64,000 bases of DNA, taken from contig AP026157.1 in NCBI GenBank assembly GCA_030295235.1, positions 248,001 through 312,000 on the forward strand, read 5' to 3'. A program made the position numbers and the translations under genes. This document shows, one piece after another, positions 20,746 to 35,192 of the stretch (position 1 is the stretch's first letter; each line of letters opens with the position of its first letter). Source of the stretch: Fistulifera solaris. Taxonomy: Eukaryota. The notes under the pieces were generated by a model, which was not told the DNA's origin, searched no databases, and saw only the letters and a list, made by a program, of their open reading frames with translations.

Positions 20746-23700
20746 ATGACGACGACAGAAGAAGAAACGTTGGCGTCGTTGACACGCGTGTCTCACAAAT
20801 TAGCGCTCACGACCCCCGATCGATTGGGTTCCGTCATTGACAAGTTATTGCCCAAATTATTGCAACGTTTGGGGTCAGAGACTTCCCAGCAGATTCAACA
20901 GAAATTGATTGAAATGTTGAGTCATATCATGAAACGTGTCAAAGAAGATACGAGTGTTCCTTTGCCGTGTGAAGCCATGTTGCAACTTTTCTTTCTTCCT
21001 CCGAAAGATGATACTGCTAACAAATATCAACGCAATTTCGAAATGCATCCCATGACATTGCATTTCGCCTTGGCTTTTTAGCGGTTGGAGTCCCCCGCTG
21101 TACGACAAATCCGTTTCCGTTGTTACCGTATCTGGTGGCGGGTCAATCCTTTTCGATAGCGACACCGGCGAAAAAATCGCAATCCCACCAAATGGCGCAT
21201 CTGCTGTTGCAGTGCTTGTCTCTGTGTACTGCAAATATAGCAACAGAAGAAAAGGAGAAGTATGTACAAGTCACGCGCGAATTACTGCAACACAATGAGA
21301 CGCTTCAAGCGACACTCTTTGACTTGTTCCTCGACGTGCTCCTGTATCCTTCCTCGTATGACAGTCAAACGACTTTGCCACCACCGGGATTGTCACAATC
21401 TGGACACGAACGATTGCGCTCTGTCGAACAAGGGGGTTGGCAAACGGCAGTCATCGAATGGATTGCGCCGCAACGGTATGCACTGTTTCCCCAGTCCGAA
21501 TCCGGACGAGGTCGCACCATCTGTCTGTTAGTCGTTTCTTCATCCATTTATTTGAAACAATACATGGAATCAAATTCCGAAAATCTATTGGGAGACCCGG
21601 TGCGTTTGTCGTGGACACTCTTGTCGTTGTGTTTGGGACAAGCACAAGCGGAGCCGACATCACTGTATTTGGGACGATCTCAGCCCGATGATCCTACACC
21701 GACACCGCAATTGTTGTTATCGATCCAACGGCGGCCGCTCACGGATCCCTCCACTTTGCTTTCGTTTGTGACGCAATCGGTGTTTCAAAATCATCCCAGG
21801 ATCGATCTGCAACCAGTGGTGCCATTGGCATTGCAAGTCATTGAAACCATACTCCATACTTCCGTTCCGTCCCGTGGATTGTCCGTACTACGAGCCAAAT
21901 CCTACATTGCTTCGGCGGAACTGTTGCAAATTTTGGCGATTCGTTTGGCGGAAGATCGGGATTCAGAACAACTATGGCAAAGACGCATTCTGGTTGTGGC
22001 GTGTCGTATTTTGTCACCGGCGTCCTCCTCCTTGCATGCGGGCACAACAACCCGAACATCCGACAGTGAGGGAAATTTGGCCATTCGGGATGCCTGTTAC
22101 GGTACGATCAGTACCTTGTGTCGATCCTCTTTTGCTTTGTCGGGATATATTTTTGGTGATGGAACCAGCAGTGTTCAGACAGCGACGATGCTGTTTGGAT
22201 GTGTTGCTCATGAAGAAGAAAAGTTGAAGCCCCGAGCTGTTGCCGCTTTAGATGCCTTACTCGGAAGCTACATTCGATTGTACAGTCATTTTGAAGAATC
22301 GAAACCAATTGTGGAAGCATCGTCGAATCCGTGGGCATCCACGTCGACAAGTGAGACAAAGAGCAGCACAGCCGCAGCGAATAATGGGAGTGCAGATCGT
22401 TCTAAGTTACTGGCTGCTTTGTTACCGTTGGTTTGGACGGCAGCTCAATCGTATCAACCCAAAGCAAGTCGCGTAGCTGCAGCACGATGGGCCTCCGAAT
22501 TGTTGCAAAGTTTGGATCGTGCCAGTGCTTGTCATGTACTATGTTTCTTGGCCGGTGACAATGATCCTACGGCAGCTAATTTGGCTCGAGAAGGGTTGGG
22601 ATTGTCGGCCACTTTGGAGGAGTCGGAGTATGACATGGCAGTAGAAGAGAAGGAAGCTTCGAGTGCAAGAAAACTTCCTGACTTTGGTCGCTTCGTTTCT
22701 TTCGTTTTTCAAGATCCCTCCAAACAACAACGCGATTTTCTCTTTCGGTCACAGTATTTTGACGATTTTTCTCTGAAAGGAAAAGCTGCGACGCTTCACT
22801 TTGGAATGCTGTGTCTACTAAATGACTTTTACGGTGGCTCGGATGAACCCATTCGATCGTACTTAGAAGCATTGACAAGGAGCTTGATCTTGTACAAATC
22901 AGGGTCGATGCGGATAGATTCGGCACATTCATTAGATGCAGTGGACCTCTTGGATGTATGTTCATCATCACTGGCTGCTTTGCTTTCCGCCTCGAAGTTT
23001 GCAAGGGAATGTTTTATGAATGGATCATTATTTGGTTTCAAAGAACTTCAAGAACTTGCTGTGCATGTCAACTCATCGCGGGCTCGCCGGTACTTAGCGA
23101 AATCATGTGGTATCATGCTAGAAGATAATGAAACGATGGAGAAAGAAGACTCGCAATCGCCTGTTCTGCTACCGGAATCGGCTTTTGACTTGTGTCTGAC
23201 GATTCTGTCGGACATCGAGGGGAGCCGTACGGGATCGTTGTCGCGCACTCACGGTAGCGTCTTTTTTGGGCGCGTACGCCATCAAGGCATTGCGAAAACG
23301 AATCTCACAGAATGCCAGCTTGGCATCGTCATCTTTGCTTCAGAAGGCGGCGACTGTTCTTGCAAAACTCGGCTACGGTTGTATGCATTCTGAAGAACTC
23401 GTGGGAAATGCATGTTCCGATGGTCTAGTGATTGCCTTTCACTCCGACGATAATTCCAGTGTGCATCTTGGCACTGAGTTCTGCCAATCTAGCGTTATAG
23501 ATTTGAGAAAATTGGCTGAAGCAAATGCGAAATTCTCTCATACGGACAGTTTAAATGTTCTACGGGCTTTGAAATGCGCTGCAGCTTCTGGTGCCTGTTT
23601 GGCTGCGACTACGTATCCTCAACAAGACGTGGACAAAGACGTACTCTTGGTGTTACATGCTACGAGACAGACTTGTGTTGAATCTCTTATTGGCTTGCTA

Positions 23701-26700
23701 GGATCAGCGGCATTTCGAAATGAAGAGGAAATCGCCATTGGAGTCGGCGAGGCCCTTGCTATGTACGCCAGTGCTTACAATACAGACGAAATTGACACTT
23801 TCAACCATTCTATCAAAAAGTGGCCCGACACTTACGATGAAGAATTACGGCTAGAGTTGTCACCCGCAGAAGACATACTTTATGTTCTGTTGCGAAAAAC
23901 GCTTCTATCATCCAGTCCTCAAACGCGCACTTCGGTTGCTCCGGCGCTTCTCGCTATCACAGCCATGGCTGCGAGAAAGGTAAGTGAATCTGCCGCTTTT
24001 TTGTTTGAAACAGACGAGACGACTAACTTCTCACTCGTCAAAGGCTAATGACTACCGATCTAGCAACGACCGTCTATTTATCCGGGTGCTAAATTTTCAT
24101 ATCGACGAAGTCCAAACTACTTTTATCAATCTATTATCTGATCCCAAGTGTAAACATCTCTCCCGTGAAAGCTGTTGTTTAGGATTGGCAGCATGTAGGG
24201 GTCTTATACAATCCCAATCAAATAGTACCGGCACGACGCAGGAACTGAACAATAAACTACTAAGAGCATTTGGTCAAACGACCAGTTTTGCGGGAAGTGC
24301 GTTGGTAGAGAGTCAAAATGAAGCCAGGCAGCGCCGTGCAGCTCTTGAAGGACAAGATATAGCGCCAACTGGAGTGGATGATAACCCCCATGTCGACGTG
24401 GGTGGTGCATCCGGTATCACAGAAGCAGCTTTGGGTGCTTTTAAAGAGATGGCGTCAGCGGCGGTGTCGTTGAATCGTCCCGATGTTCTATATACTTTGC
24501 TGATTTTATCTGTTTCGCACCCATTTTGGTTTACCCCTGGAAATCGAAACGCATACAGGTACGACCGGATGCTTTATATTTACTTAAATTACGCATTTCT
24601 AACTTGTGGTTTGGTTGTGTTCATGCAGTTCTGCTGCCTTACTTGGTGACGATGATTCTACTGGCGGCACAGCACCCGGAACCTCGAAAATCAAACAAGT
24701 CTTAGAACCACACTTGGATAAGCTGCTCCCTCGTATCTTGCGTGCTAAACATGACCCGAACGCTCAGACCAGGGAACAAATGTCTGCTCTATGGGTCGCA
24801 GTGACAGGTGGTGGAGCGGAAGCACGAGCCTCGATATCCAAGCACCTGATCGTAGCTATCGATGCGCTACTGATTGAAACATCAAGCAAAATGTGGAGAA
24901 TCAGAGCTGGTGCTTGTAGCGCACTTGCCGAAATCATCGTAGGGCGCGATTGGGAGTCATTAGGTGGAGGCGAGGCTATTTTGAACGACGATGATTTGCA
25001 CAGTCCTTCAAAAGTATTGGCAGGTGTTCGCTTGCTTCAACTTTGGAGGGTAACAATGCGAGCTCTTGATGACGTACGAACGAATGTTAGAGAAAGTGGA
25101 GCCACACTAGCTCGCTCTGTTAGGGGCTTGACTATTCGGCTATGTGACCCGTCAAGTCATGAGAAAGATTCTGGTCTGAAGAGGGAACGTGACGGTGTTG
25201 CCCGAGCGGATTCTGACATAATAGCCGCATCCGCCACTGCTCTTCGATGGCTGGTCCGTCATGGACTAAACCAGCATTCTGAAGGCACCGCGTTTTGCAT
25301 AACGTGTCTTGTTGAAATCGTTGGTCTTGTGACACCAAGGATGTTAGCCCCCATTCTTCCCGACTTGCTTCGATCGCTCCTTGTCTCGATATCTGGTTTG
25401 GAACCTTCAGCTCTGAATTACTTGCAGCTTCGTACAGATGACCAGGAAGGGCTGGAAAGAGCCCGGTTGCAACTAGCTTCGACTGGTCCGATAGCCTCGG
25501 CGGTAACAAAATGCCTTGACCTCACCCCGGAGACCTCCTTGGCGACGCAACACGCAGTTGTAGTTCAACTAGATAATGCGTTGAGACAATCTGCTGGCTT
25601 TGCCACACGGTCAGCGATTGCCGATGCTATATCCACATTATGCAGCACATGCCCTGCTGCTTTTCAGTTTAGTGGAACCAACAGTTCCAACCCAAGTGTC
25701 CGACTCCTGCGTGCGCTCTATAACGCAAGTGAGCGCGAACGTACCGCAGCTTCCCGAGATCGTTTAATACATTCACTGGGAATACTTGCATCGGTATGCC
25801 CTGGAGTGAGCGTTCGCTCACTAGCGCTGAAAAGCTTATCAAAAGTACAACTCGAGCACAGGGAGTAATGATGATCCACTCGCTAGAAGTGCTGCAGCTG
25901 CTGCATTACGCTCAATCGCAGTGCGGGCGTCGAATCAGCTAGCGGACGGAGGCAAGATGGACGTGTGGTGTCGATATATTTTACCTAGTGCATTTATTGG
26001 GAAGAAAGATGACAATAAGAAGATTGCCTCCCAGTGGCAAGATGTATGGGATGAAGCTGCACCTGCATTACGATCGTCGGAGGTTCCTCTGATCGGAACA
26101 ACACACGAAGAAAATCTGCTATCTTATCTTGTGGAAGAATGCATCCGCGGCTTGGATGATGTTTCATGGTCAAGGAGAACATCAGCGAGCAATGCACTAA
26201 TTGAATTGTGCGATTCCGGAATTCTGGCTCCACTTCCTAAACAGACAGCCTCGACGTCTTCTACTTCAGAGCGACAAGGATACAGAGCGAAGCAATCACG
26301 GCTTGCTTTGGAGCGGTTTGTCCTGCTTGTTCGAAAACCGCGTCTATGGACTGGGAAAATAGTCGCAGCGACGGCTGCATCCAAAATCGCGGGAGTCTGG
26401 TCAGTTACATTCGGAAATGTGAATAACGTGCAATCTTGCCCCATTACCTTTTCTTCTGGCTCATTCGATGATCTTTTCAAGGAGACAAGTGGTTTCTCGC
26501 TACTAGTCACGAATCGGAGATGGACGAGGTCGAAACTGCGCAGTCACAAGTTATTGCGTCCGAAGGTGAAGAAAACGAAAGCGATGTGGAACTTTTACGA
26601 CCTGTTGCTGAACTAAAGTTGTCGTCGAATGCCGTAACCTTTACGGGGTTGTGTCGTCTTTTGCTTGACTCGGCCGAAAACGAGAGTATGGACAAAAATG

Positions 26701-27320
26701 CCGAGTCTTTGCCCTATCGAAAATCCTGTTTCGACAACTTGAAGTATGTGTTGTCACAGCTCTCCTCCAATACCGACATCACAGCACAACAAACAGTCTT
26801 TGAACTTCTTTCTCCTCGCCTGTTGTCCTTTATTCGCAACCATTCGGAATCAAATCAGCCCCCAGTACTCGTTGCAGCAGCCATGGCTTGTTTGGAATCC
26901 ACCCTCTATGAAGGACTGGAAGATTCATCGTTCGTCGAGCTCATTGCACAAGCCGGTGGCCCCACACAAGCCGCCTGGACGGTCCGCGAAGCATCGGCCA
27001 AGTGTTTGGCCCGTATAGCCGCCTTGTGCCATGCCGAATGCTTTCGAACGTATGATTTCACTTCCGCACTGGTGAACAGTGCGGCATTTGCGTTAACGGA
27101 CAAAAAGTTCTGGCAAGTCCGACACGGCGGATGTACGATCTTGCAGAACCTTGTGAATCGCACCGGGAAAGCTACGTCGGAAACCAGCCGAACATTGGAG
27201 GCCATTTTGCCGCACAAAGAAGCGATACTGCAACACGTTCGAGCCTGTTTGAAGGATTCCGAAGCTCGAATCACGGCGTTAGCCAGCGATATTTTAAGTT
27301 CCATGGCATGGTGGCCCTAG
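20746..27320 (+). CDS. ECM29: Proteasome adapter and scaffold ECM29 (HEAT repeats)
   Basis: N-terminus L.RV..KLAL...L...LPKLL.RL...KLIEMLSHI.KRVK, plus KLLPRILRAKHDPN, WRIRAGACSAL and RALDDVR.NVRE. Introns 23980-24043 and 24559-24628 have CTAAC branch sites. About four apparent frameshifts. Confidence 0.85.
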
Positions 27321-27902
27321 AAAGCGAGTTCGACGGAAACGACTCATCGATTAGAACCTTTTCATGCACGCAAAGGTCTTTTATATTATCCTCATCCAGG
27401 CTACACAATTCTTTTCGGTCAACTAGTGCAATGCGGACGATCATAAAATTGGGCACTTTTAGACTTGTTCATCCATGCTTCGGTCAAACGCGCCTTATGT
27501 CGTAGCATGAACTTGCACTACACGAAACAGTACACGAAGGGAAAAGTCTTCTGGTAAAATTTTGTCATAAGATAGTGCCAAAGTTACTAAGTAAAAAACA
27601 ACATCCTCCCTATGAACATCAGTAGAGACGGATGATCCTGTGAAGTTTTTTTCCGCGACCGCCATCTTGACCGCAAACAAAAATGAATCCCCCGCCAAAC
27701 ACGCAGCGAAGGAATTAACAAAATACCACCGTGACAACAATATCTAGAGGGGACTATTGTTAGTTTCATTCTTTTCATTCGGGTCGATACCTTCGAGCCT
27801 TTTGTTGAAGAAGACAAAGTTGCCAGAGTGCCGACATTCTCTCTTTTGAAAAAATCCATCGCGCTGTCTTCGAGTCAAAAGATACGTTTTCTGTTTTACA
27901 TC

Positions 27903-29068
27903 ATGGACATTGAAACGGGGAACATCTTTCCGGAGAATGACTGTAATGAATGCAATTTAGAGTGCGATTCCTTTGCCTCCGGATGCGTGGACTCCGAATC
28001 TCACAGCAGCAGTGATGATGATAGATCTTCCGAATGTCCCTCAGAACGTGCCGATCGCACGGACGAAATTCCTGCCCCATTTGCTTTGAACCGTATTCTT
28101 CAGCCAATCCTTTGATACGCTCGGATACTTGCGGACATGCTTGGTGTCAAGATTGTTTATCAGAATACTTGGAATTCCAAGTATCTCAACATCGTGTGCC
28201 TCTTCCGTGTCCTTCCTCGGCTAGTTATCGGGCCTGCCGTTTCCATTTACCCCAAGAGTTGGTACGAAAACATCTTTCGCACTCTCCAATTATTCAAAAA
28301 TATGATCGTCTCGATCGACTGGTGCAAGATGAATCTCTGGTGGAATGCCCTCGTTGCAACGAAATTGTCGAAGCACCGGCTCCACCAAATCCGCTCGATC
28401 CAGATGCCCGTCACTGTCCCAAATGCGAGCATACCTTTTGTTTCCTTCACGCCGATGCCCACTTGGGAATCAACTGTCGCGATTATCGTGTCACACCTTT
28501 GCAATTCCCCAACACGAAACCGTGTTCGCATTGTGGCGCCGCCTTGCACAAATACGCTGGATGCGATCACGTCGTGTGTCCCGCTTGTCACAACGACATG
28601 TGCTTTCATTGTGGCACCCATCACCATTTGACGGGGAAAGTGACGCGGCAGTGTAGCAAATGTCAACAATCCTATTTGGATCATCGGTATATGTGGCATG
28701 TTCGACTCTATTATTGTTTGACGCTGCCGTTTGCTCTGCCCTTTGTAGTGGCGTACGTCATCATCATGTTGGGGCTGGTGCTAGTGTCGCTGTGTTGTTG
28801 TGGATGCTTTGGGTGTGGATCCTGGTTGTACGAAGGACGAGAACGTCAAGCGAATTTTTCGCGAGGTTGCTTGTACGTGGCCGGTATTATATCTCTGCCA
28901 CTAATACTTATGCTGTACGATGTGGGCTATCATTTTCAAGGAGGCGATGACTTTTTGGAATGGTGTTTAATGGAAAGCCCGGATCGTGAGGAACGTGTCC
29001 GAACGAATCGACCAGATGGGTCGAACGTGCCTTCCACACCTAACACCACTACGTCGGAGGACGAGTAA
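27903..29068 (+). CDS. RBR (RING1-IBR-RING2) E3 ubiquitin ligase with C-terminal transmembrane segments
   Basis: CPICF...CGH.WC.DC...CP (RING1), ECPRC...CPKC.H.FC (IBR), KPCSHC...K..GCDHVVC..C...C (RING2), then hydrophobic helices. Start 27903 with a frameshift near 28065. Confidence 0.85.
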
Positions 29069-29186
29069 TTGTAACAACAGCAAAACCGGTTTTGCAGCTG
29101 CGTTTGGGTACGACTTGTGTATCCGTGCTTTTTTGTCTCTCGAAGGAGTAGTGGAAGAAATAAAACAAACAAGCACCAGCTATAAT

Positions 29187-32100
29187 TTACTTTTTCACAA
29201 TTTTCTTTCGTGCCGTCTTCTTTGACTTTGGTCTATTCATGTACAAATTGAAAGCGTCCATCAACTCTTCTCCGAAAGTTAACGTTCGAACTGACTCCTC
29301 GTCATCGTCCTTGCTTTCATATCCATCACTTTTGACTGCCAGCAACAATTCACTTTCGCGGACACCTAGTCGATTGGCATGCTTGCGCAGTACACGAAGA
29401 GCCTGTTCGACATCGTCACCCATCGTGTCAAGCGACCCAAGAGAAAGCAAGTCTTGGACTTTCCGTGACGAATCGGTAACATCCGAACCAAACGTATGAA
29501 TGCGATCCATGGCACGCTCCACAATCAGAGATGCGTCGGCAATCTCAGCCCACGTGTTCGCCATGGAATCGTTATCGTCACCAGCCGAGTAAATATTTTC
29601 GAGACGATCTTGGCATATCACAGAAGAGCTCCGGGGTATCTTCCCTTCGGTCTTGTTGCCTACTTTGGAGGGCAGTGATGCCTCCTGTTCTCCCTGGCTG
29701 CTGTGTCTTTTTACTCGGCCCAAACCAATTGAAGTAGGTTGAGAATTGAGACACAGACGCATTCTCTGATCTTTCCACAACGGGGACATAATCCTGCTGA
29801 TTGCAGGAAGTGTTAGCCGCTGGCTTCTTTTCGAGTTCCTTAGGAGTTTTGGCACTATCGACTTTCAGAGTGTCATGATTTGCAAGTTTCTTCTCGTGCT
29901 TTTTCGTCGCAAGATTTATTTTATTCAATTGATCACTGCTGTTATCATTTTCGATCGCTTTCGGTTCTCGTGGGAGATCTCCTACTTGCGCCTGATCAAT
30001 CTTTTTTCGGTTTGAGGTTGGTTTTCTCATTTTCTTTTCATGCTCCTTCGCGGGCTTTTTCCTTGTGGATTTGGATGGAAGAGGCTTTGCCAAAGTGGCT
30101 TTGGCGGATTTACTGGCAAGCGAGATGTCATCCACCAGTGCTAGAAGACTCGGCTCCCGCGTCGGCAGATACGTCGTTGTCGGTGAGGTCGCTGTTATTG
30201 TGTTATGATCATAAACTTCGATACCCTGATTTTCGATCACTTCAATGTTGGCGTCCCCACAAAGATTAAAAAGGTAATCATCCGACTTCTTTACTTTAGC
30301 TGGGGCTTCCTTCTTTGACTGAAACATCATACCAAACAAGTCTCCTAGTGATGTCGCCAATACCGGCTCGGAGACCTGAGTTTGGTGAATTGCCTCCCTT
30401 TCAGATCCATGCAAAGTAGAGTGTATACCATCTGTGCCCTGATTAGCATCACTCTTGATATTGATGTTGTGATTTTCTGTTTCAACACCCGCTAGATTTT
30501 TAAAAGACTTTTCTTCTGCGATCTCGGAGTCGTCGATATCATTTTTCACCGATACAGTGGAAGTCTTCTTTTCTATCGTTTCCGCTGGATCGTTCAAAGC
30601 TATGCCGTCATGCGGTACCTCTTCAATATTATTAGAGACGGACTTGCATGACCGTGGATTTTCCACGTGCGATGAACCTCCTTGGACTGAAAGTGGGGCT
30701 GCTCTAGTGCTCGTTAACTGCTCTATCAATTTGTTGAGGCCCGTTTTCGGAGGACTTTGACCCTCTACGTCAATCAGACAAATTTGTACCGAAAGTGGAG
30801 CGGCCTTAGTGTTTGTCTGTCGATCATCGTCTGAATCCGGAAGACTTTGCTTGTGTGATATATCTTCTCGGATAGGAGACAAGAGATTTAATTGCTGGCC
30901 TGTGGAAATATGAGTGACTTCTTCCGTCTTTGGTACTGACGCAACAGAGACTTTGACCGGACGTATACCGCGTCGAAACAAACGTTTTATGGAGGCGAAT
31001 GGAAGTCTCCCTTTATTCATTTCCACTTCGATTTGATCGACGTGTGTTTTCTGCGATTTCTCTGTGGTTGTCGTGACGTGAGGCTTCCCTGAAGTAGAGA
31101 CTTGCGCGGAAGCATCGTCTTCATTTTTGAAAAGCGAATCGAATTTCCTCATCCCCGAAACGCTATTTACATCGTTTTCCGTCGCATTATTATGTTGTTG
31201 AGAGTCTTCCTTCGTTATACTGTCGACTCCAGTTTCATCTTGCCCACACAAGCCACCCGTTCCTAGATGAACCGCTGCAAGATTCGTACAACTATCCATT
31301 CGAGGACTCTTGCTTGGTATTGCATTAGCCTCTTCTTGGTCCAAAGATGGGGAAGCCTTTCGTTTCGGAGAACTCATCGTGGTTTTAATTGGTTCGGGGA
31401 TAGCAGACGCGGGGATCATCTTTAAAGGCATTTTTTCGTCGTCCACGGTGGTTGCAACACTGCTCTTCTTTTTGCCTTGACTCCAGCGATTCTTGAGTCC
31501 CAATGGCCGAGTACAAGATCGGGTACTTCGTGGTTTACTGCAATCAGAGTTCTTGGCCGTAACTAAACTTTTGTTATCGTAGGTTTCACCATTCGATCCA
31601 ATCACTATGGGTCTCATCTCCGTACAAACATCCGGAACATTGTTTTCTTGTTCTTCGTCCATATTCTCGACTGGATGCACCTCCTTCTCCGGGACGGGCA
31701 CAGGCGGTAGACTCGCTAATGCCACGACTGGATCAAAGCTGAATTCTCCCAAAGGATCGGGACTTATCTGCCCACCATCGGGACTGTGGAGTGGCCCGGG
31801 TGTCGGTAATGCTAGCGTTCGTTTGGGTGGAATCTTTAGTGGCTGTTGCGACGCGGCTTGAATGGAATCCATATCCACCGTTGGAAAAAGATGTCGATGT
31901 TTCGGTTTCAACAACGATTTTCCCAATCGTGTCTTGTTTTCGACAGACATTTTGCGCCGAGGAGCCAACGACGATTCGAAGGAATTGTTATTGTTTTTAT
32001 CATCGTCATTCAGATGAATTACTCGTGGAATCGATGAACTCGTCGCAATATCCCCAGTTTCGTCTTCGACTTCAATTTCCGTTTGCTCCACGACTCGTTT

Positions 32101-33098
32101 CCATTTCGGTACCGGATGATGCGGCTTCGTAGCACGACGAGACGGCTCTTTGGGCGTGGGGGGATTGTGTTTGGTCGACACCAACGGACGAGAACGCGCT
32201 GTGGGCGGGTGTTCTTCTTTCCGATTCACTTTGACTTTCAAATGTTGCATGGCCGCCAAAATCTCTTCCTTGGAAAAGAATCGGTGGGTGGAATATGCGG
32301 AATGGGTAAACGCCGACTGTGCACCATGGGTGCGGTTGGTATGGTAGCCGATAAACGACGTCTCTTGGCTTCCATGGCCGCCTGAATGTGGGCCAATTCA
32401 TCGGCCAATTCGTTGGGTCCTGGAATATCACCATCTTCGGAACCATCGAGCGGCGTTTGTTGCTCTATCTGCTCTCTCACAACCGGTGTTTTTCTCGGTT
32501 CGATCATTTCTTCTTCTTCCGGATGCGGTGAGAGCAAGATTGCCGGCGACGCCACTCGGGGTCCTCCTGCCAATAATAGTTTGTCGGGTGTATTCGTCAT
32601 TTGTGACAACGACGGTTCAATGATAGGAACATCGTCCAACACGGGTTCTTCTTTCGGCTGTGAACTGGGTTGTTTCCGACGTGCAAAACGAAACGGACGA
32701 AAGTTGTTATTTCGTGGCTTCGTTTGTGCCCGAATTGCTTTCTTCTTTGGCAAAGGAGGCTCTTTGTTTTCCACGTCATCGGTAGAACTGTCACTACTAC
32801 TGCTACTGGAATCATCGTCACTGTCGGAGCTAAGGGACGAACCCGACGACGAATCGTCCTCGCTACTCGAATTATCGTCACTGCTCGAATCCTCGCTACG
32901 CGACGACGATGACGAAGAAGAATCATCCAATCGTCGATTCCGCGGCACCAGGCCAATCATTTTCATTCCAGCGACTTTCATTTCATTACTTGTTGTGTTG
33001 GAAACAGTGTTGAGCGATGATCCTTCTTCGTTCTTTTGTGAAGCTCGCCAAAATGAATACGAAATGGACGAGGATGGCTCGACACGCTCGTGAGACAT
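29187..33098 (-). CDS. Large low-complexity, likely disordered protein (~1300 aa)
   Basis: Three overlapping same-strand ORFs (32238-33098, 29578-32259, 29187-29855), consistent with one gene broken by two indels; no domain recognised. Confidence 0.6.
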
Positions 33099-33372
33099 GT
33101 CGACTAATTGTGAAACGTGTTATCTTGGTTTGATAGTATGAGTGAGGAAGGAAAAGAAAATGGCCAACACGACATTGTAGAAAAATGATATTTGTGTCGT
33201 ACAGTATCCGGTAGACCGCGGCTTTCCACTTGGAACCGATCGGATGGATGGAAGACGGCGGAGAGAGGCAACTGGGTTGCGTTGCAACAACTTGACGTAT
33301 CCATCGGCTTGTTGCTTATTGACGTGCTAAATTACAAAAAGAATTGATCTATCTCCTAGAAAGGAAACAAAC

Positions 33373-34244
33373 ATGAAATTCGTTCACGCCCTTCTTTTGA
33401 TTGCCAATCTGTCGCTGAGCACGGCCACTCCTTGGGTCTCCTCGAATCCGCTCAAGATCCGTGGTGGTTCCTCGGCCGAGTATCGCCAGCAATTGCAAGC
33501 CATTCAAAGTCAAATTTTGCAGTCTTCCAGTACCAAGCAACAGGAATTGCGTCAACAAATTGTCGAGGAGGGCAAGATTGTCCCGGATTTGGGCGCGCAA
33601 GCCGATGCCATTTGTTTACAAGCCTTGCAAGACTTTGCCGCCCAAGCGCCGGAAGCTCTGTCGAACAGTGACGCGGCCGCGTACGATGAAATATTGCAAA
33701 ATCTCGAACAAAGTTTGGATGGGAGTTTGCAAAACTTGTATTGGAAACAATTGAGTGCCTTGCGGGCCCAAGCGTTGGAGCAGTATCAATCGAATGCCGA
33801 CAAAGCCGAGGCGCTCTTTCAAGCCGACGCCTTTTTTGTGCAAGCCGCCGAAGCGAGTAGTCGCGCCGGATGGGAATACGCGACGGAACGGGCGTTTTGC
33901 AACGCATTCTCCAATTGACGGCCGTGCAACAACAACAGGCCCAAGACGTCAAACTCCAAGCCGCCCAACAACAACAAACGGCCATGACGTTTCTACAATC
34001 CCAACAACAGATGATTCAACAATTGCAAATGCAACTTTATGGTCAATCATCTCCTTGGAATGTCGGTATGGCGTACCGCATTCCCGATACTAATTTTAAT
34101 TTGCAGGGCAGTTATCAACAGGGACGTGCGAATGTGCAACTCAGTTGTGTGCCCGATGAGTATGCGCCCTTGTTGGGACCGAATGGATTCACCAATGGTG
34201 TGGGACCGGGAAATTTGGGTTTGTCGTTGAATTTGAGCTTTTAA
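33373..34244 (+). CDS. Signal-peptide protein with a Sey1/RHD3-like helical bundle, Q-rich coil and beta-rich C-terminus
   Basis: ORFs 33373-33918 and 33870-34244 joined by a frameshift near 33890. Signal peptide followed by IRGG. Confidence 0.7.
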
Positions 34245-34342
34245 AACGTGAAGAACGAGGGTCTTGAATACGACAGGAATAAAAAAAAATTGAAAAATGG
34301 TGACAATAACGATTCTTTGTAGACTTAGTTGTCGTTCGTCTC

Positions 34343-35059
34343 TTACAAATACCCCATGACTTGTACTCCCACGGTTCGTTCCCGAGGACCATCCAAATCG
34401 ACCAACAAGATACTTTGCCACGATCCCAATGTCAGTTTGCCTTCTACTACAGGAATACTTTCCGTCGACCCCAACAACATCGCCGCCAAATGCGAATGCG
34501 CGTTGATGGGTTCTTGTGCTCGCCACGCGGCGAGTTGCACAGGATCATGAATATTCCAGCCGTTTTCGAGACACCGTTGCTCTTCGGCAGCCGATTCGGG
34601 TCGTTGATCCAAATCATTGTGTTGATAGCGGACGCCCGTTTGACGTGCTGCGACCGACCGTTCATCGGGCGGTGCCAATTGGAGCAGCCATTCTTGCAAA
34701 TCACGAGCCAAGCGTGATTCTTGCTCATTGATGGTGATCCCGGTTGTTGTATGACGACTGGTTACTGTCAAGAGTCCGTGTTGCAGGCCCGTTTGCTCCA
34801 GTAATTTTTGAATGATGGGTGTCACATCAATGACATGAATCTCTTGTTGGGGCTGAAAGTTGGGCGATACGGGCATCGGAATCGTCAAAACATGATATTC
34901 GCAGATTGGTTTTGTCAGTGACTCTGGCTTTGGAAAAGTAGTTTGTGAAGCCGATGAAGAGGAGGATGATGCTGAAAGAGTCGTCGTCGTGCGACTGCTA
35001 GGAAACAAGGAAAAGGCCGAAGCCGTAGCAGTCGCCATCAGCCACAACAGCAATCTCAT
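34343..35059 (-). CDS. yjbQ: UPF0047/YjbQ family protein, plastid-targeted
   Basis: HTTTGITINE, Y.HND, NAHSHL and LG.WQSI..VDLDGPR.R motifs. Presequence ATASA-FSL followed by a Ser/Thr-rich transit peptide. Confidence 0.9.
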   Translation of the reverse strand: MRLLLWLMATATASAFSLFPSSRTTTTLSASSSSSSASQTTFPKPESLTKPICEYHVLTIPMPVSPNFQPQQEIHVIDVTPIIQKLLEQTGLQHGLLTVTSRHTTTGITINEQESRLARDLQEWLLQLAPPDERSVAARQTGVRYQHNDLDQRPESAAEEQRCLENGWNIHDPVQLAAWRAQEPINAHSHLAAMLLGSTESIPVVEGKLTLGSWQSILLVDLDGPRERTVGVQVMGYL

Positions 35060-35184
35060 TATTCTCCCTGCTGTTTTCTATTAGGAAAAGATCGTATCAG
35101 TTGACAGAGAATGGATAGAGGGTGTGGCAAAGAAGTATTAATGTAAAAACGAAAATGCGACGAAACAAAAATTTCAAAACATTG

Positions 35185-35192
35185 TGACGTCA
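35185..35192. promoter_or_regulatory. Palindromic TGACGTCA bZIP site about 125 bp upstream of yjbQ
   Basis: Perfect CRE octamer; its function is inferred only. Confidence 0.35.

Noticed and set aside
32386..33093. 235-aa plus-strand ORF
   Set aside because: Antisense of the Ser/Asp-rich part of the large minus-strand gene.
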